Below are positions 1-10,023 of a stretch of DNA of 64,000 nt, one piece after another (position 1 is the first letter of the stretch; each line of letters begins with the position of its first letter). The DNA is taken from the IMG/VR virus record IMGVR_UViG_3300028888_000001, one strand, 5' to 3'. The translations under genes and the position numbers were made by a program. The notes under the pieces were generated by a model. That model saw nothing but the letters and a program-made list of their open reading frames with translations, ran no database searches and was not told where the DNA came from. Source of the DNA: a virus. Lineage: Duplodnaviria; Caudoviricetes.

Positions 1-1752
1 ATTAGTAATACTAATTCAATTACACAAAATCAAGATGGAACTATAACTATTGCTCCTGGAGGTTTTTATTTTCCAGGAATCGCCGTGCATGGCTATTTTA
101 ATGGCGATTGCCATATTAGAATAAGGCTAGAAAGTACTAATGCTATAACTTCTTTATATGCTGCTAAATCTATAGTAACAAGTGGAGGCGGCTATGATAA
201 ATTGCCGTTTACTTTATTATCAGAAAATGAATCTGTAAATGAAACAGTGTGGTATTTGCATATAACAGATACAGATTATGATAAAGCAAATAGTTATACA
301 AGTTATATTTTACGTATAGACAATAGACAAAATGCGAATGATATAATAATAAAGTCAATAGAAATTGTAGATTCTGGAATACCTGCGAGGGTAAATTCGG
401 TCTCTACTTCAACCTCAATCGCATATGTATCTACAAATGGAAGCGATGATAACGTCGGATCAAAAGCAATGCCATTTGCCAGTGTAACCCAAGCACTTCA
501 AAGCGGAGCTAATTATATCTTAGTAGAACCAGGTATTTATCATGAAAATATAAATTTTACTGATGCTCAAGGAAAAATTACATTATTAAATAATGGCACT
601 TACAATTTATGTAAATTTTTACCAGATGATGAATCTAAATATATATTATCAAAAACAGAAACTAAAGTAGATGGTTATAATAACGTTTATAAAGCATCAA
701 GTACAGTTACGTTAACTCAATATTATTTATTCCAAAATGGAGTAAATGATTTAAGCACAGAAATTTTAGACAGCGAAAGATTACCTCAGCAAAGAGGTAT
801 GAAATACCGTTGCGAGAATACTAAATTACAAAAGTGCAGCATGACTCAATTAAGCACAGCTTTACATGAAATAGAAACATGCACCGATAATGTTTATAAA
901 TTCTTCCAAGACCCAGAAACTTTAGATGTATATTTTTGTAGGCCTCAAGAAGTTTCAGAAACAAATTATTTAGCTTTTCCAGGAACTACAACTTTATTTA
1001 ATGGATTATCAAAAAATGTAAGCCTCGAAGTTATTGGCATAGAATGTATGTATATGTCTTTTAATGTTAGTTTTGCTGATAGATGCAAAATTGTAGATTG
1101 CAAGGCTGGATATAATCAAGCTAGTGGAGCATTTATTTATAATAGGCAAGTTGGAACTGAATTTATTCGATGCGAAGCCATAAGATGTATTAATAATTCT
1201 AATGGAGATGGCTTTAACGGGCATTCTATTAATGCCGGTGATATTTATTCTAAACAAACTACAGTAAGTTTGATAGATTGTTGGTCTCATGATAATTACG
1301 ATGATGGTTATTCAGATCATGAAAGAAGCGAAATCACTATTCAAGGCGGATTATATGAATGGAATGGTAAAGGTGGTATAGTACCTTCATATGGTTCTCA
1401 TTGCACTTGCTATAATGTATATTCTCGCAATAATTTTGCTGGATTTTATTATGTTGGAGATGTTGATGAAGCCGAGGGCGGTATATATGGTCAAATGTCA
1501 TGTTTCTATTGTCATGCTGAAAATAATAATAGGGGTGGCGCAAAAACTGGTTTTGGCATAACCGGTAATGGTAATAGAATGGAACTTATAGGGTGTACTT
1601 CTATAGGTAATAATACAGGGTATAGTTGTGGTACAAATAATGTAGTTAGAATGATAGATTGTAAAGCGTTAAACAATTCAGTTTCAGTAACAAATTTTCC
1701 TGAAACTGCAAACGTAGAGATTATAACTACTGATATTGTGTCTGCTCAGTAA
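1..1752 (+). CDS. Right-handed beta-helix (pectin-lyase-like) protein, probable tail-associated depolymerase; 5'-truncated
   Basis: Frame is open from base 1. Motif YVSTNGSDDNVGSKAMPFAS, then parallel beta-helix repeats (NGDGFNGH, HDNYDDGYSDH, NGKGGI). Confidence 0.7.
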   Translation: MSNTNSITQNQDGTITIAPGGFYFPGIAVHGYFNGDCHIRIRLESTNAITSLYAAKSIVTSGGGYDKLPFTLLSENESVNETVWYLHITDTDYDKANSYTSYILRIDNRQNANDIIIKSIEIVDSGIPARVNSVSTSTSIAYVSTNGSDDNVGSKAMPFASVTQALQSGANYILVEPGIYHENINFTDAQGKITLLNNGTYNLCKFLPDDESKYILSKTETKVDGYNNVYKASSTVTLTQYYLFQNGVNDLSTEILDSERLPQQRGMKYRCENTKLQKCSMTQLSTALHEIETCTDNVYKFFQDPETLDVYFCRPQEVSETNYLAFPGTTTLFNGLSKNVSLEVIGIECMYMSFNVSFADRCKIVDCKAGYNQASGAFIYNRQVGTEFIRCEAIRCINNSNGDGFNGHSINAGDIYSKQTTVSLIDCWSHDNYDDGYSDHERSEITIQGGLYEWNGKGGIVPSYGSHCTCYNVYSRNNFAGFYYVGDVDEAEGGIYGQMSCFYCHAENNNRGGAKTGFGITGNGNRMELIGCTSIGNNTGYSCGTNNVVRMIDCKALNNSVSVTNFPETANVEIITTDIVSAQ

Positions 1753-1770
1753 TACTTAAAATATCATAAT

Positions 1771-1794
1771 CCTAGAGGGAGCAATCCCTCTGGG
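1771..1794 (+). terminator. Intrinsic terminator, GGGA-GCAA-TCCC hairpin family
   Basis: cctagaggga-gcaa-tccctctggg followed by a T-rich tract, just after the stop codon. Confidence 0.8.
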
Positions 1795-1822
1795 TTTAAT
1801 TTCTTTTAATATATAATTTAAT

Positions 1823-1832
1823 TATATATTAT
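1823..1832 (+). promoter_or_regulatory. Putative early phage promoter TATATATTAT
   Basis: Motif recurs upstream of non-structural genes (see findings). Confidence 0.6.
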
Positions 1833-1915
1833 ATTTTTAGAGAAGCTAGAATATTTTAATAAAAAGCTTTCTCTAAAACCAATTAATATCAAAATTATTC
1901 TAAAGGAGGAACAAA

Positions 1916-2383
1916 ATGAAACCGATCTTATTATCAAACTTAATTGATGAAAATGTAGTTAAAACTTTAGGAGGAGTAAGAGATTTATCAAAATGCGGAT
2001 ATGATTTCGACAGCCTCTTAATGGATGATGACAGAATGACTATAAGAATAGTCTTTACGTGCAACGAGAATTGGGGTAGCAATTATGAAGGCCACAATAT
2101 CAGAATAGTGTTTAATAATGACGGAGAAAAGTCTGTGACTAATTTTAACTCATATGACATCTCTGCATCTAAATATGAAAATGGAGTATGGGAAGCTTCA
2201 TGGATTCCATATACAGCATTAAGGCCGCTGGCTACATTTATCAAATGCTTCTGCGGTTATATAGCTGATAGGATGGGTGAGAAAGTAGCTTCTTTCGACA
2301 GAAAAACACTATTAGCATACTTAAATCGTCAGGAGCCTATAAATGTTAAAGATCTTATGAAGGAGATGAATCAGAATGTATAA
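1916..2383 (+). CDS. Hypothetical protein
   Basis: ORF with AAGGAGG RBS. Confidence 0.8.
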   Translation: MKPILLSNLIDENVVKTLGGVRDLSKCGYDFDSLLMDDDRMTIRIVFTCNENWGSNYEGHNIRIVFNNDGEKSVTNFNSYDISASKYENGVWEASWIPYTALRPLATFIKCFCGYIADRMGEKVASFDRKTLLAYLNRQEPINVKDLMKEMNQNV

Positions 2384-3035
2384 GTCTTATTCAGATTATA
2401 ATGTAAAGCTTTTAAACCACTCTCAATTAAACTGCACTGAGAATGGTGATTACATTGGATTCTTTTGTCCAAAGTGTTTTGAGCCGTTTGTTAAAAGATA
2501 TAGCACTAAAAAAGAATATTTTTGTGATGATGAATTTACAATAAATGAAACTTATACTTTAGTATGTCCTAAGTGTAAACATGCTTGGACACAGAATTGG
2601 TTTCTTGATCCTAATATAACAAAAACAATAGCCCTTTTAAACAAGAAAGGCTACATCACAGAGTTTTGTTGTGAAGGTCATTATGCCAAAGATGATGATG
2701 GAGACGAATATTTAGCATCCGTTCCATATATTCTATTTGCTGTAAACTATACTTGGATGGCGCCTATGGCACCATATCCATGGTATTGGTCATTAATGCT
2801 TAATAGTGCATGCAATAGCTTTAGCTTTTATAATAAAATACAAAGATCAGAACTCAAAGCTAATTTAGAAGCATTTGATGCTACAAAACAGTATGCGCTG
2901 GATGTTATACATGAATGGACTACAAATTTACCAGACTTGAGCTGTAATAAGCGTAGTATGAAAGCGATTAAAGAATCAATACAGTATAGAAAAGACATGG
3001 AAACAGCATTATATAATAATATTATAGTTTTATAA
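2376..3035 (+). CDS. Zn-ribbon-containing hypothetical protein
   Basis: CPKC...CPKC pair and a GYITEFCCEGH motif; overlaps the previous stop codon. Confidence 0.65.
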   Translation: MYKSYSDYNVKLLNHSQLNCTENGDYIGFFCPKCFEPFVKRYSTKKEYFCDDEFTINETYTLVCPKCKHAWTQNWFLDPNITKTIALLNKKGYITEFCCEGHYAKDDDGDEYLASVPYILFAVNYTWMAPMAPYPWYWSLMLNSACNSFSFYNKIQRSELKANLEAFDATKQYALDVIHEWTTNLPDLSCNKRSMKAIKESIQYRKDMETALYNNIIVL

Positions 3036-3121
3036 ACCCGTTAACCAAATAATAATAGAGGGCTCCATCAAGAGCCCTCGATAAATACATTTATTATTTT
3101 TTATGAGAGGAGAAATATAGA

Positions 3122-4075
3122 ATGCAAGAAGTAGTAGATCATTATAATGGAATGGAGCGTACACTTCAATTTGAAAATTTTGATATCGAAACTAAACTTG
3201 GTAAAACCATTTTCCATGCTGACGATACTATCGGTGACCATTATCATAAAGAAATGCTTAGAAGAATTTTTAAATATGGGCATTTGGATCATAACCCAAG
3301 ACCTCATTATTCAGATGGAACCCCTGCGCACACTATCTCTATTAATGGAAGTATGCATCAGTACGATTTATCAAAAAATCAATTGCCTATAATTACTTTA
3401 CGACCTATAGCAATTAAATCTGCTATAGGGGAAATGCTTTGGATTTATCAAGATCAATCTAATGATCTTGATTTGCTCAAAGAGAAATATAATGTTACTT
3501 GGTGGGATTCTTGGGACATTGGAAATAGAACCATTGGCCAGGTTTATGGAGCAACTGTAAAGAGATACAATCTTGTTAATAATCTTATTAAAGATATTAA
3601 AGAAAATCCAGATGGTAGAAGACATATTATGTCTTTATGGCAAGTAAAAGATTTTGAAGAACCGCATGGTTTAAAGCCTTGTGCGTTTTTAACTGTTTGG
3701 AATGTACATCATGCTGAAGATGGTAATGATTATTTAGACATGTCTCTAAATATCAGATCAAGTGATTACAGCGTTGCTGGAGTTTTGAACCAGATGCAGT
3801 ATGTTGTTCTTCAACATCTTATTGCTAGAGAGTGTGGTTATAAACCAGGATTATTTACTTGCTTTTTTAGCAATATACAAATCTATGATAGGCATATTGA
3901 CAATGCTATAGAGCTCTGTTCTCGTAATGGTATTCAGTGTATGCCTAAATTATGGATTAACCCAGAAAAAACTAATTTTTATGATTTCACCATAGACGAT
4001 ATTAAATTAGTTGATTACCCAAGAGAAGAGATTAGTAGGAAGAACCCACAATTAAAATTCGATTTGGGTATCTAA
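3122..4075 (+). CDS. thyA: Thymidylate synthase
   Basis: EMLW, YG, RRHIMSLW, catalytic PCAF, RSSD, N(QMQY), QIYDRH motifs. The Asn at the specificity position indicates a dUMP substrate. Confidence 0.95.
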   Translation: MQEVVDHYNGMERTLQFENFDIETKLGKTIFHADDTIGDHYHKEMLRRIFKYGHLDHNPRPHYSDGTPAHTISINGSMHQYDLSKNQLPIITLRPIAIKSAIGEMLWIYQDQSNDLDLLKEKYNVTWWDSWDIGNRTIGQVYGATVKRYNLVNNLIKDIKENPDGRRHIMSLWQVKDFEEPHGLKPCAFLTVWNVHHAEDGNDYLDMSLNIRSSDYSVAGVLNQMQYVVLQHLIARECGYKPGLFTCFFSNIQIYDRHIDNAIELCSRNGIQCMPKLWINPEKTNFYDFTIDDIKLVDYPREEISRKNPQLKFDLGI

Positions 4076-4097
4076 AATAATATATAGGAGTGAAAAT

Positions 4098-5087
4098 ATG
4101 TTTAAATTTTATGAATTTTTTAATCATATATTCAACAAAGAAAACATAGACGATGGGAAGCTTAGATCTAAAGTTATTTATAATACAAGACATAATCTTA
4201 TTATTTTAATTTCTTATGCATCTAAAAATTTCTATTCTGCTATAGAATTTATTGCTGCTATTAAGAATACCAAATTAAAACTTATTATATCTAACTCTTC
4301 TAAAGAAAGACAGTTAACTGAAGAAGAGCTTGAAGAATTCGATAAAAAGACTGTAAGTCTTATTGATAATAGATATTATATTCTATTATCTGGCACGCCT
4401 GAAGAATACGCTAACATGGTAAACTACATGGATTTAAATAATGAAATATTTGAATTGCTTGTAGACGATTTTTATCATCATTGCTCATCTACTATCTTTA
4501 ATGAGTATATAAACTATGGGATTTTTGATAGGTCTAAATTTATATACAAAGATGTAGTCCCATCTAATTATAATAAGCTTGTAAATTTTAGCTCAAATGA
4601 ATTACCTAAAGGCAGAACATATTTTAGAGACGATCTTAAATATATCCTAGACAGATTGCCAGATTCGTTCTTAACTATAGATATAGCACAGTGCATAAAC
4701 TATTATCAATCATTTGACTTAGGTAAGCATTATGAGTATTTGTTTAATGTAAATGAATTAGTTAAAACTGTGATTGATAATAAATCTCCAAATGTAGATT
4801 TCTGCAATGATATAGTTAAAGCAAGCAATATAGTATTTAAGCTTATAGTTCCAGACCCATGTGTTGAAACTCTTGAGATTTTAAATGCTCCTATATTTTT
4901 GAGAGAGAATCTAGAAGATGTATATTCAGCAGCAGTTCCAATAGAAGAATTAGATGAAATATTCCAGCAAGACTATGATAGATTCACGCAAATTACAGCT
5001 GGAGAATCTGAATATGAAGATATAGATGAACAAATTGGCGATGATGAAGAAACAGAAAATATGCGTAAGGAAGATATAATAAATTGA
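4098..5087 (+). CDS. Hypothetical protein
   Basis: 329-aa ORF with GGAG RBS and an acidic tail. Confidence 0.75.
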   Translation: MFKFYEFFNHIFNKENIDDGKLRSKVIYNTRHNLIILISYASKNFYSAIEFIAAIKNTKLKLIISNSSKERQLTEEELEEFDKKTVSLIDNRYYILLSGTPEEYANMVNYMDLNNEIFELLVDDFYHHCSSTIFNEYINYGIFDRSKFIYKDVVPSNYNKLVNFSSNELPKGRTYFRDDLKYILDRLPDSFLTIDIAQCINYYQSFDLGKHYEYLFNVNELVKTVIDNKSPNVDFCNDIVKASNIVFKLIVPDPCVETLEILNAPIFLRENLEDVYSAAVPIEELDEIFQQDYDRFTQITAGESEYEDIDEQIGDDEETENMRKEDIIN

Positions 5088-5812
5088 CGCTAGTTAATAT
5101 ATGTAATCTTGCTGATGCTTATTATATCGCCAAACATAAGTATGAGATTAATCAAGATCACATCGCTTCATCTACATTAATATATTCGGATGGTACTTGT
5201 AAACATCATGTGAATAATGATGGCTATATTCATATAACTTCAGTTGAAGGCGCAACATATTTAATCTATCTAGATCAAGAGGGTAATGTATTCTTATGGA
5301 TTTATGAGCTTACTCCTGAATTAAAATATAAAGAGATTATAGACAGCATGAATAAGCTTAGACAGATCACAGGAATGCAAAAACATTCAATAGAAGTTAA
5401 ATCAAAAATAAATAATAAAAAAGACAGTAAAACGGAAGAATTTAAAGATAAAAAAGAAGAAATAAAAACAGATAATGTAGATAAAGAAAAACCGGAGCAA
5501 TTTATAATAGAGCCAGTAAGACCAAGATTATTCAAAAGAGAAGATGATAAATATATTTCGGCTGCTCCAGCTGAGATAGTTGATGTAAATAATTTAGTAT
5601 GTACAGAATGTAAATCTACAGAATTCTCATCGTATATAGAAAATAATGATTATTCTATAGAATGCACATGTGATAAATGCGGAACATCATTTATTTTTGT
5701 TCCATCTAAGTACTATATCTTAAAACAAAAAATAGTACCAACTGACATGAGTAGTAATGAAATATTACCATACTTAATTCATAGGAGGTCAAAAGAACAA
5801 AACGATGATTGA
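5084..5812 (+). CDS. Hypothetical protein with C-terminal Zn ribbon
   Basis: CTEC...CDKC; coupled to both neighbouring genes. Confidence 0.7.
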   Translation: MTLVNICNLADAYYIAKHKYEINQDHIASSTLIYSDGTCKHHVNNDGYIHITSVEGATYLIYLDQEGNVFLWIYELTPELKYKEIIDSMNKLRQITGMQKHSIEVKSKINNKKDSKTEEFKDKKEEIKTDNVDKEKPEQFIIEPVRPRLFKREDDKYISAAPAEIVDVNNLVCTECKSTEFSSYIENNDYSIECTCDKCGTSFIFVPSKYYILKQKIVPTDMSSNEILPYLIHRRSKEQNDD

Positions 5813-6245
5813 TTTAAAAATTAAATATATGCACGATGATACTAAAAGACTTACCATCAATCCAAATGGTAATTGGATTGATGTATATGCTGATGAAGAT
5901 ATAACTTTACGTAATCTAGAGCATAAATATATTAAGCTTGGATTTGCTATGGAATTACCACAGGGCTATGAGGCATATCTGGCTCCAAGAAGCTCAACGT
6001 ATAAAAACTGGGGCCTTATTATGGCTAACTCTATTGGTATTATAGATACATCATACTGTGGTGATAACGATGAATGGCACGCTTCTGTACTGTGTATTAC
6101 AGATAATGATTTTATAAATATACATAGAGGTGATAAGATTGCTCAGTTTAGAATTATCGAATCTATGCCGCCGGTAAATATTATTGAAGTAGAGTCTCTT
6201 AATAATAAAAACCGTGGCGGTTTAGGTTCTACCGGTAAGGTTTGA
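5805..6245 (+). CDS. dut: Trimeric dUTPase
   Basis: Motifs WIDV, PRSS, GIIDTSYCG, IAQF, RGGLGSTG. Confidence 0.95.
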   Translation: MIDLKIKYMHDDTKRLTINPNGNWIDVYADEDITLRNLEHKYIKLGFAMELPQGYEAYLAPRSSTYKNWGLIMANSIGIIDTSYCGDNDEWHASVLCITDNDFINIHRGDKIAQFRIIESMPPVNIIEVESLNNKNRGGLGSTGKV

Positions 6246-6252
6246 TCCTCAT

Positions 6253-6264
6253 AACAAATAAGTA
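6253..6264 (+). promoter_or_regulatory. Putative late promoter AACA-N6-TA
   Basis: aaca-aataag-taa, with no RBS-bearing ORF before the next terminator. Confidence 0.45.
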
Positions 6265-6357
6265 ATCTAGAGTGGAAAATATTCTAGATTGCCTTCGCTA
6301 CCTATATTATATAAAGATGCATTGTCGGGACAGTACACAAATCATTCTTCGTGCGGA

Positions 6358-6385
6358 GACCATATGGGAGCAATCCCATATGGTC
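6358..6385 (+). terminator. Intrinsic terminator, GGGA-GCAA-TCCC family
   Basis: 12-bp perfect stem followed by a T-rich tail. Confidence 0.85.
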
Positions 6386-6406
6386 ATTCTTTTGCTTTTT
6401 AGCTGA

Positions 6407-6418
6407 AACATTTTATTA
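6407..6418 (+). promoter_or_regulatory. Putative late promoter
   Basis: aaca-ttttat-taa. Confidence 0.7.
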
Positions 6419-6453
6419 AAATAGAAAATAAAAGAAAGGAGTGTAATATAAAG

Positions 6454-7272
6454 ATGATTAATGCCGAATACATTAATAAGGTTGAAAATGTCTATATTGA
6501 TGGGGCTTCATCTGTATTTAATATAGAATCTTTAGATAGATTCGACGGAGATCAATATGATATTTACGATCAAAAAGATTACGCTCGAATGCTTAAAGAT
6601 ATAGAAACTGTATGTAGAACTTCATTTGAATATCGTCAGCTTATTGCTTACTTAAGAAACACTGAAGGGATGAACACTTGTAGCTTCTTAGGTAATGTAA
6701 CTAACGTAGATAATACTAAAGTTAAAATAGAAATACATCATTCCCCATTTACACTATTCTCTATAGTAGAAGCTGTAACTAAGAAAAGACTGCATAATAA
6801 TGAATCTGTAGATATTTTCGATATAAGTAAAGAAGTAATGCTTTTGCATTACATGGGCTACGTTGGATTAATACCATTAAGTGCTACAGTGCATGAGATG
6901 GTTCATAATGGATATATTTTTATACCACTAAATTTGCCTAGAGGAAATTGGGAAAAATTTGTTGAGCTTTACTATGACTATATTTCTCCAGCTGATCTGG
7001 ATGCTTTAGATTCAGCCAGAGAAATGACAACTGAATGGTTAGAGGATATTTCTAAAGAAAATAATATAGTTGATACTCAACAGCAGTTGTTTAATTTACA
7101 CACTACGTACATAAAATATAATAATATAGATATTAATACTAAAGCTCATGATGCTAAAAATGATATTAAAGACTCTATTGAAGAGATTAAAACAAAGAAG
7201 AAAAGCATGATGAAAGTAGACTATAATCATCGTGGAGGCCCAATAACAGACTTTTTAAATGGTTTAAACTGA
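6454..7272 (+). CDS. HNH-like/His-rich protein, paralog of 17624..18259
   Basis: RTSFEY...IEIHH...LSATVHEMVH pattern. Confidence 0.55.
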   Translation: MINAEYINKVENVYIDGASSVFNIESLDRFDGDQYDIYDQKDYARMLKDIETVCRTSFEYRQLIAYLRNTEGMNTCSFLGNVTNVDNTKVKIEIHHSPFTLFSIVEAVTKKRLHNNESVDIFDISKEVMLLHYMGYVGLIPLSATVHEMVHNGYIFIPLNLPRGNWEKFVELYYDYISPADLDALDSAREMTTEWLEDISKENNIVDTQQQLFNLHTTYIKYNNIDINTKAHDAKNDIKDSIEEIKTKKKSMMKVDYNHRGGPITDFLNGLN

Positions 7273-7284
7273 AACATTGTAATA
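7273..7284 (+). promoter_or_regulatory. Putative late promoter
   Basis: aaca-ttgtaa-taa. Confidence 0.7.
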
Positions 7285-7342
7285 AGTATTCAAATGCTTA
7301 TGAGTTTTATTAAAATTTCAAAAATTTTGGAGGAGATAAGAT

Positions 7343-8638
7343 ATGAATATTAAATCAAATCTTCAGCTTATTAGCGAAGCTGCTACTTATGATCTTCAGA
7401 TTAATACTGAAGCTGCAGTGGAATTAGATTCTGTTAAAGAATCTTATGATTGTATCCCTACAGCTATGGGCTTTTGTGTAACTGAAGCTGCTGATGTTGT
7501 TGTTAATAATGTCAATGGCGAATATTTTGTAGAGATGGTTAACCTTAGTCCATTTATGTTAGATAGTGGAATCACTTCTATTTCTAAAGCTCTTAATCTT
7601 GTTGCTGAAGCCAATGGGCTTCCGCCTAGAAGTGTAGGTCTTGTAATTGACTCTCAGGAATCTGTTAATGCTATGCTTGCATCTGCAGATGCAAGATCAA
7701 AAGCCACTGGCAACTATAAGATTCGTGAGAACGCTATTGCAAAAGTGCAGAAGAATATTGCTATTGCTAATAAGCTTATGGCTGAAGGGTTCAATGTAGC
7801 CAAGAAAAGCAAAAATAAAGGAGTTTGTCCTAAATGCGGTAAAGCAGATTGCAAATGTGAATGCGGCGGATCTTGTGGTAAAGGTTGCAATAAGGAATGC
7901 GATGCAAGCAACGTAGTCGGCAAGGCTGCTATTTCTGAAAAGAAAGAATGCGGAGCAAATTGTAAGAAAGAATCATATTCTGTTATTGATTCTGCATACA
8001 TTTTTATAGAGAATGCTTTAGATGGTAGAGACTTTGAATCTCTTACTGAGGCTGAGCAAATTGAACTTATTAAAGAAGCTGCTATCAAGACAAAAGAAGA
8101 TATCAATGAGAAGCTAAGAGTATTAGATTCAAAGAATGCTTCTGCTGAAGATTATGCTTATGCATTCAAGAAAGATGCAGCATCTCAAGCTACTATACTT
8201 GGCACTTCTGCAGGAGCTGCTGTAGCCGCTAGTAAGGCTGCTGATGTTGTCGGTGCAGTTTCAGGTAGCTTTGGTTTAGGCCTTGGAACCCTATATATTG
8301 GCGGTTTGTCACTTGCTCTGCTAACTACTTATGCACTATCTACCATGACTAGAATCTTTAATTGCCCAGGAAGTATTTCTGATAATATTAAATATGCTAA
8401 GGGCGTCCAGAAGCAATTTGAAAAAGCTATCGCTAAGTTCGAAAAGAAGGGTGACGAGAAGATGGCTACCAAATGTAGGGAAGCTAAAGAAAAAGTCGAT
8501 GCTCGTCTTGAAGAGCTTATGAAGAAAGCTGAGGGTAAGTCTATTTCTTATCAGAACACTCATAATGAAAAGGGTGAAAGATACAATAACCAGACCAATA
8601 GTTATAAGAAGACAGGTTCATCTTCATCCAAGAAATAA
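7343..8638 (+). CDS. Probable internal head/ejection protein
   Basis: Late promoter; many hydrophobic-x-E-(A/S) sites; Cys cluster; Gly/Ala-rich hydrophobic segment. Confidence 0.55.
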   Translation: MNIKSNLQLISEAATYDLQINTEAAVELDSVKESYDCIPTAMGFCVTEAADVVVNNVNGEYFVEMVNLSPFMLDSGITSISKALNLVAEANGLPPRSVGLVIDSQESVNAMLASADARSKATGNYKIRENAIAKVQKNIAIANKLMAEGFNVAKKSKNKGVCPKCGKADCKCECGGSCGKGCNKECDASNVVGKAAISEKKECGANCKKESYSVIDSAYIFIENALDGRDFESLTEAEQIELIKEAAIKTKEDINEKLRVLDSKNASAEDYAYAFKKDAASQATILGTSAGAAVAASKAADVVGAVSGSFGLGLGTLYIGGLSLALLTTYALSTMTRIFNCPGSISDNIKYAKGVQKQFEKAIAKFEKKGDEKMATKCREAKEKVDARLEELMKKAEGKSISYQNTHNEKGERYNNQTNSYKKTGSSSSKK

Positions 8639-8662
8639 TTATAACTATACTATTATCTATAA

Positions 8663-8688
8663 CCCCATAGGGAGAAATCCCTATGGGG
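8663..8688 (+). terminator. Intrinsic terminator, GGGA-GAAA-TCCC family
   Basis: 11-bp stem followed by a T-rich tail. Confidence 0.85.
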
Positions 8689-8716
8689 ATTTATTTTGTT
8701 TAAATTTCATTTTAAT

Positions 8717-8726
8717 TATATACTAT
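8717..8726 (+). promoter_or_regulatory. Putative early promoter (TATATACTAT variant)
   Basis: One mismatch to the motif; upstream of 8799. Confidence 0.5.
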
Positions 8727-8798
8727 AATTATGTAGCCAAAAACAAATTAATTTCTAAAAACTCGATAACTTAAAATTAAACGGGAGGATAAAAAATT

Positions 8799-9290
8799 AT
8801 GGTAGCTAAGAAAGAAATCGATCAGAATATTATAGCCGATCTTGTAAATAAAACTCAGACAGAGTTATCAGCAAGATTAGCAGATAATGAAGAGACTAGA
8901 AAATTATTAAAGCAGATTGATGCTAATAATCTATCAAATCAGGAGATTATAAATTTAGCAATAACCGCTGGTTGTGGTACCGGTATTGGAGCGTTGACTA
9001 AGAAAATAGATGAATATATTAACTCAGATGAGATCCAGGAATACGGATCATATAGAGTTGTAACTCTTAGAGACGTAGTGGATTACGCTAATTATTGCGA
9101 TAATCACAGAGAAGAAATATTAAGAAAGAAATTAAAACTTTATGATGAGCTTGATGAAGAATCCAAGCAGATGGCTTTACAGATTTTTTCGTTAGGACAA
9201 GACGTATTTGCTTCTGAGCTGTACTATAATTTGGCCAGGAACGCATACGCTGTGTCAAAAGAATATATAACAATAAATACTAAAGTATAA
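8799..9290 (+). CDS. Hypothetical protein
   Basis: GGGAGG RBS. Confidence 0.8.
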   Translation: MVAKKEIDQNIIADLVNKTQTELSARLADNEETRKLLKQIDANNLSNQEIINLAITAGCGTGIGALTKKIDEYINSDEIQEYGSYRVVTLRDVVDYANYCDNHREEILRKKLKLYDELDEESKQMALQIFSLGQDVFASELYYNLARNAYAVSKEYITINTKV

Positions 9291-9296
9291 TAAAGT

Positions 9297-9306
9297 TATA
9301 TATTAT
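9297..9306 (+). promoter_or_regulatory. Putative early promoter TATATATTAT
   Basis: Exact motif upstream of the RNase H operon. Confidence 0.6.
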
Positions 9307-9334
9307 AAAATAAGAAAGAAAGGAGAAAAATAAA

Positions 9335-10000
9335 GTGGAAGTCTTAGAAATCTGCACCGATGCTAGTTTGAAAACTTTCGAAAGCAGTGGAAGAGTATTC
9401 ACTTGCAGTGGTGCAGTATGTATCAACACAGGCGAAGAAACATATATAGTTTCACAGGATAGCACTAATAACAGAGGTGAACTATTAGGAGTATATATTG
9501 GTATTAAGTTAGCTGAGAAAATATATACAACTAATATAGGCAAATACTCAGCTATTTATCTATACTCAGATTCTCAATTTGCTATATTTGGAATCAGAGA
9601 TTGGATAAATAATTGGTATAGCACAATTGATGCTGAAGGTATAATGTATGGCTCTTCAGGTAAACCCGTTAAGAATCAAGAGCTGTTTAAAATGATAATA
9701 ACGTATTTAGCAACAAAACAACTCACTATACATTTCTTCAATCAGAAAGGCCATGTAAATTTAAATAATCAGAAGCATTTAGCAGCAGCAAATCATCAAT
9801 TTAAAGAAGCTAATGGCTTTTGGTTAAAGCCACAAGATATTTATAAGATTAGTTTTTATAATGATCTTGTAGATAAGAATTCTAGAACAATCTTAAATAA
9901 TATTAACCAAGATGAATATCCAATATTCACTTACTCACCTGGAGTGGAGGAGATGATGATCTATAAAATACCTCCAAATTACAGAAATTACATAAAATAA
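9335..10000 (+). CDS. rnhA: Ribonuclease HI
   Basis: TDAS, TNNRGEL, YSDSQF, PVKNQEL, KGH, NDLVD motifs. Confidence 0.9.
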   Translation: MEVLEICTDASLKTFESSGRVFTCSGAVCINTGEETYIVSQDSTNNRGELLGVYIGIKLAEKIYTTNIGKYSAIYLYSDSQFAIFGIRDWINNWYSTIDAEGIMYGSSGKPVKNQELFKMIITYLATKQLTIHFFNQKGHVNLNNQKHLAAANHQFKEANGFWLKPQDIYKISFYNDLVDKNSRTILNNINQDEYPIFTYSPGVEEMMIYKIPPNYRNYIK

Positions 10001-10023
10001 AAGCAGCGGTATAGGGGAGAAAA

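Noticed and set aside
3122-4075. dCMP/dUMP hydroxymethylase for base modification
   Set aside because: The specificity residue is Asn and DHFR is encoded, as expected for ordinary dTMP synthesis; no hypermodification genes are seen in the window.
4098-5087. Possible decayed ThyX next to thyA
   Set aside because: No RHR...S.R motif; only gene position suggests it.
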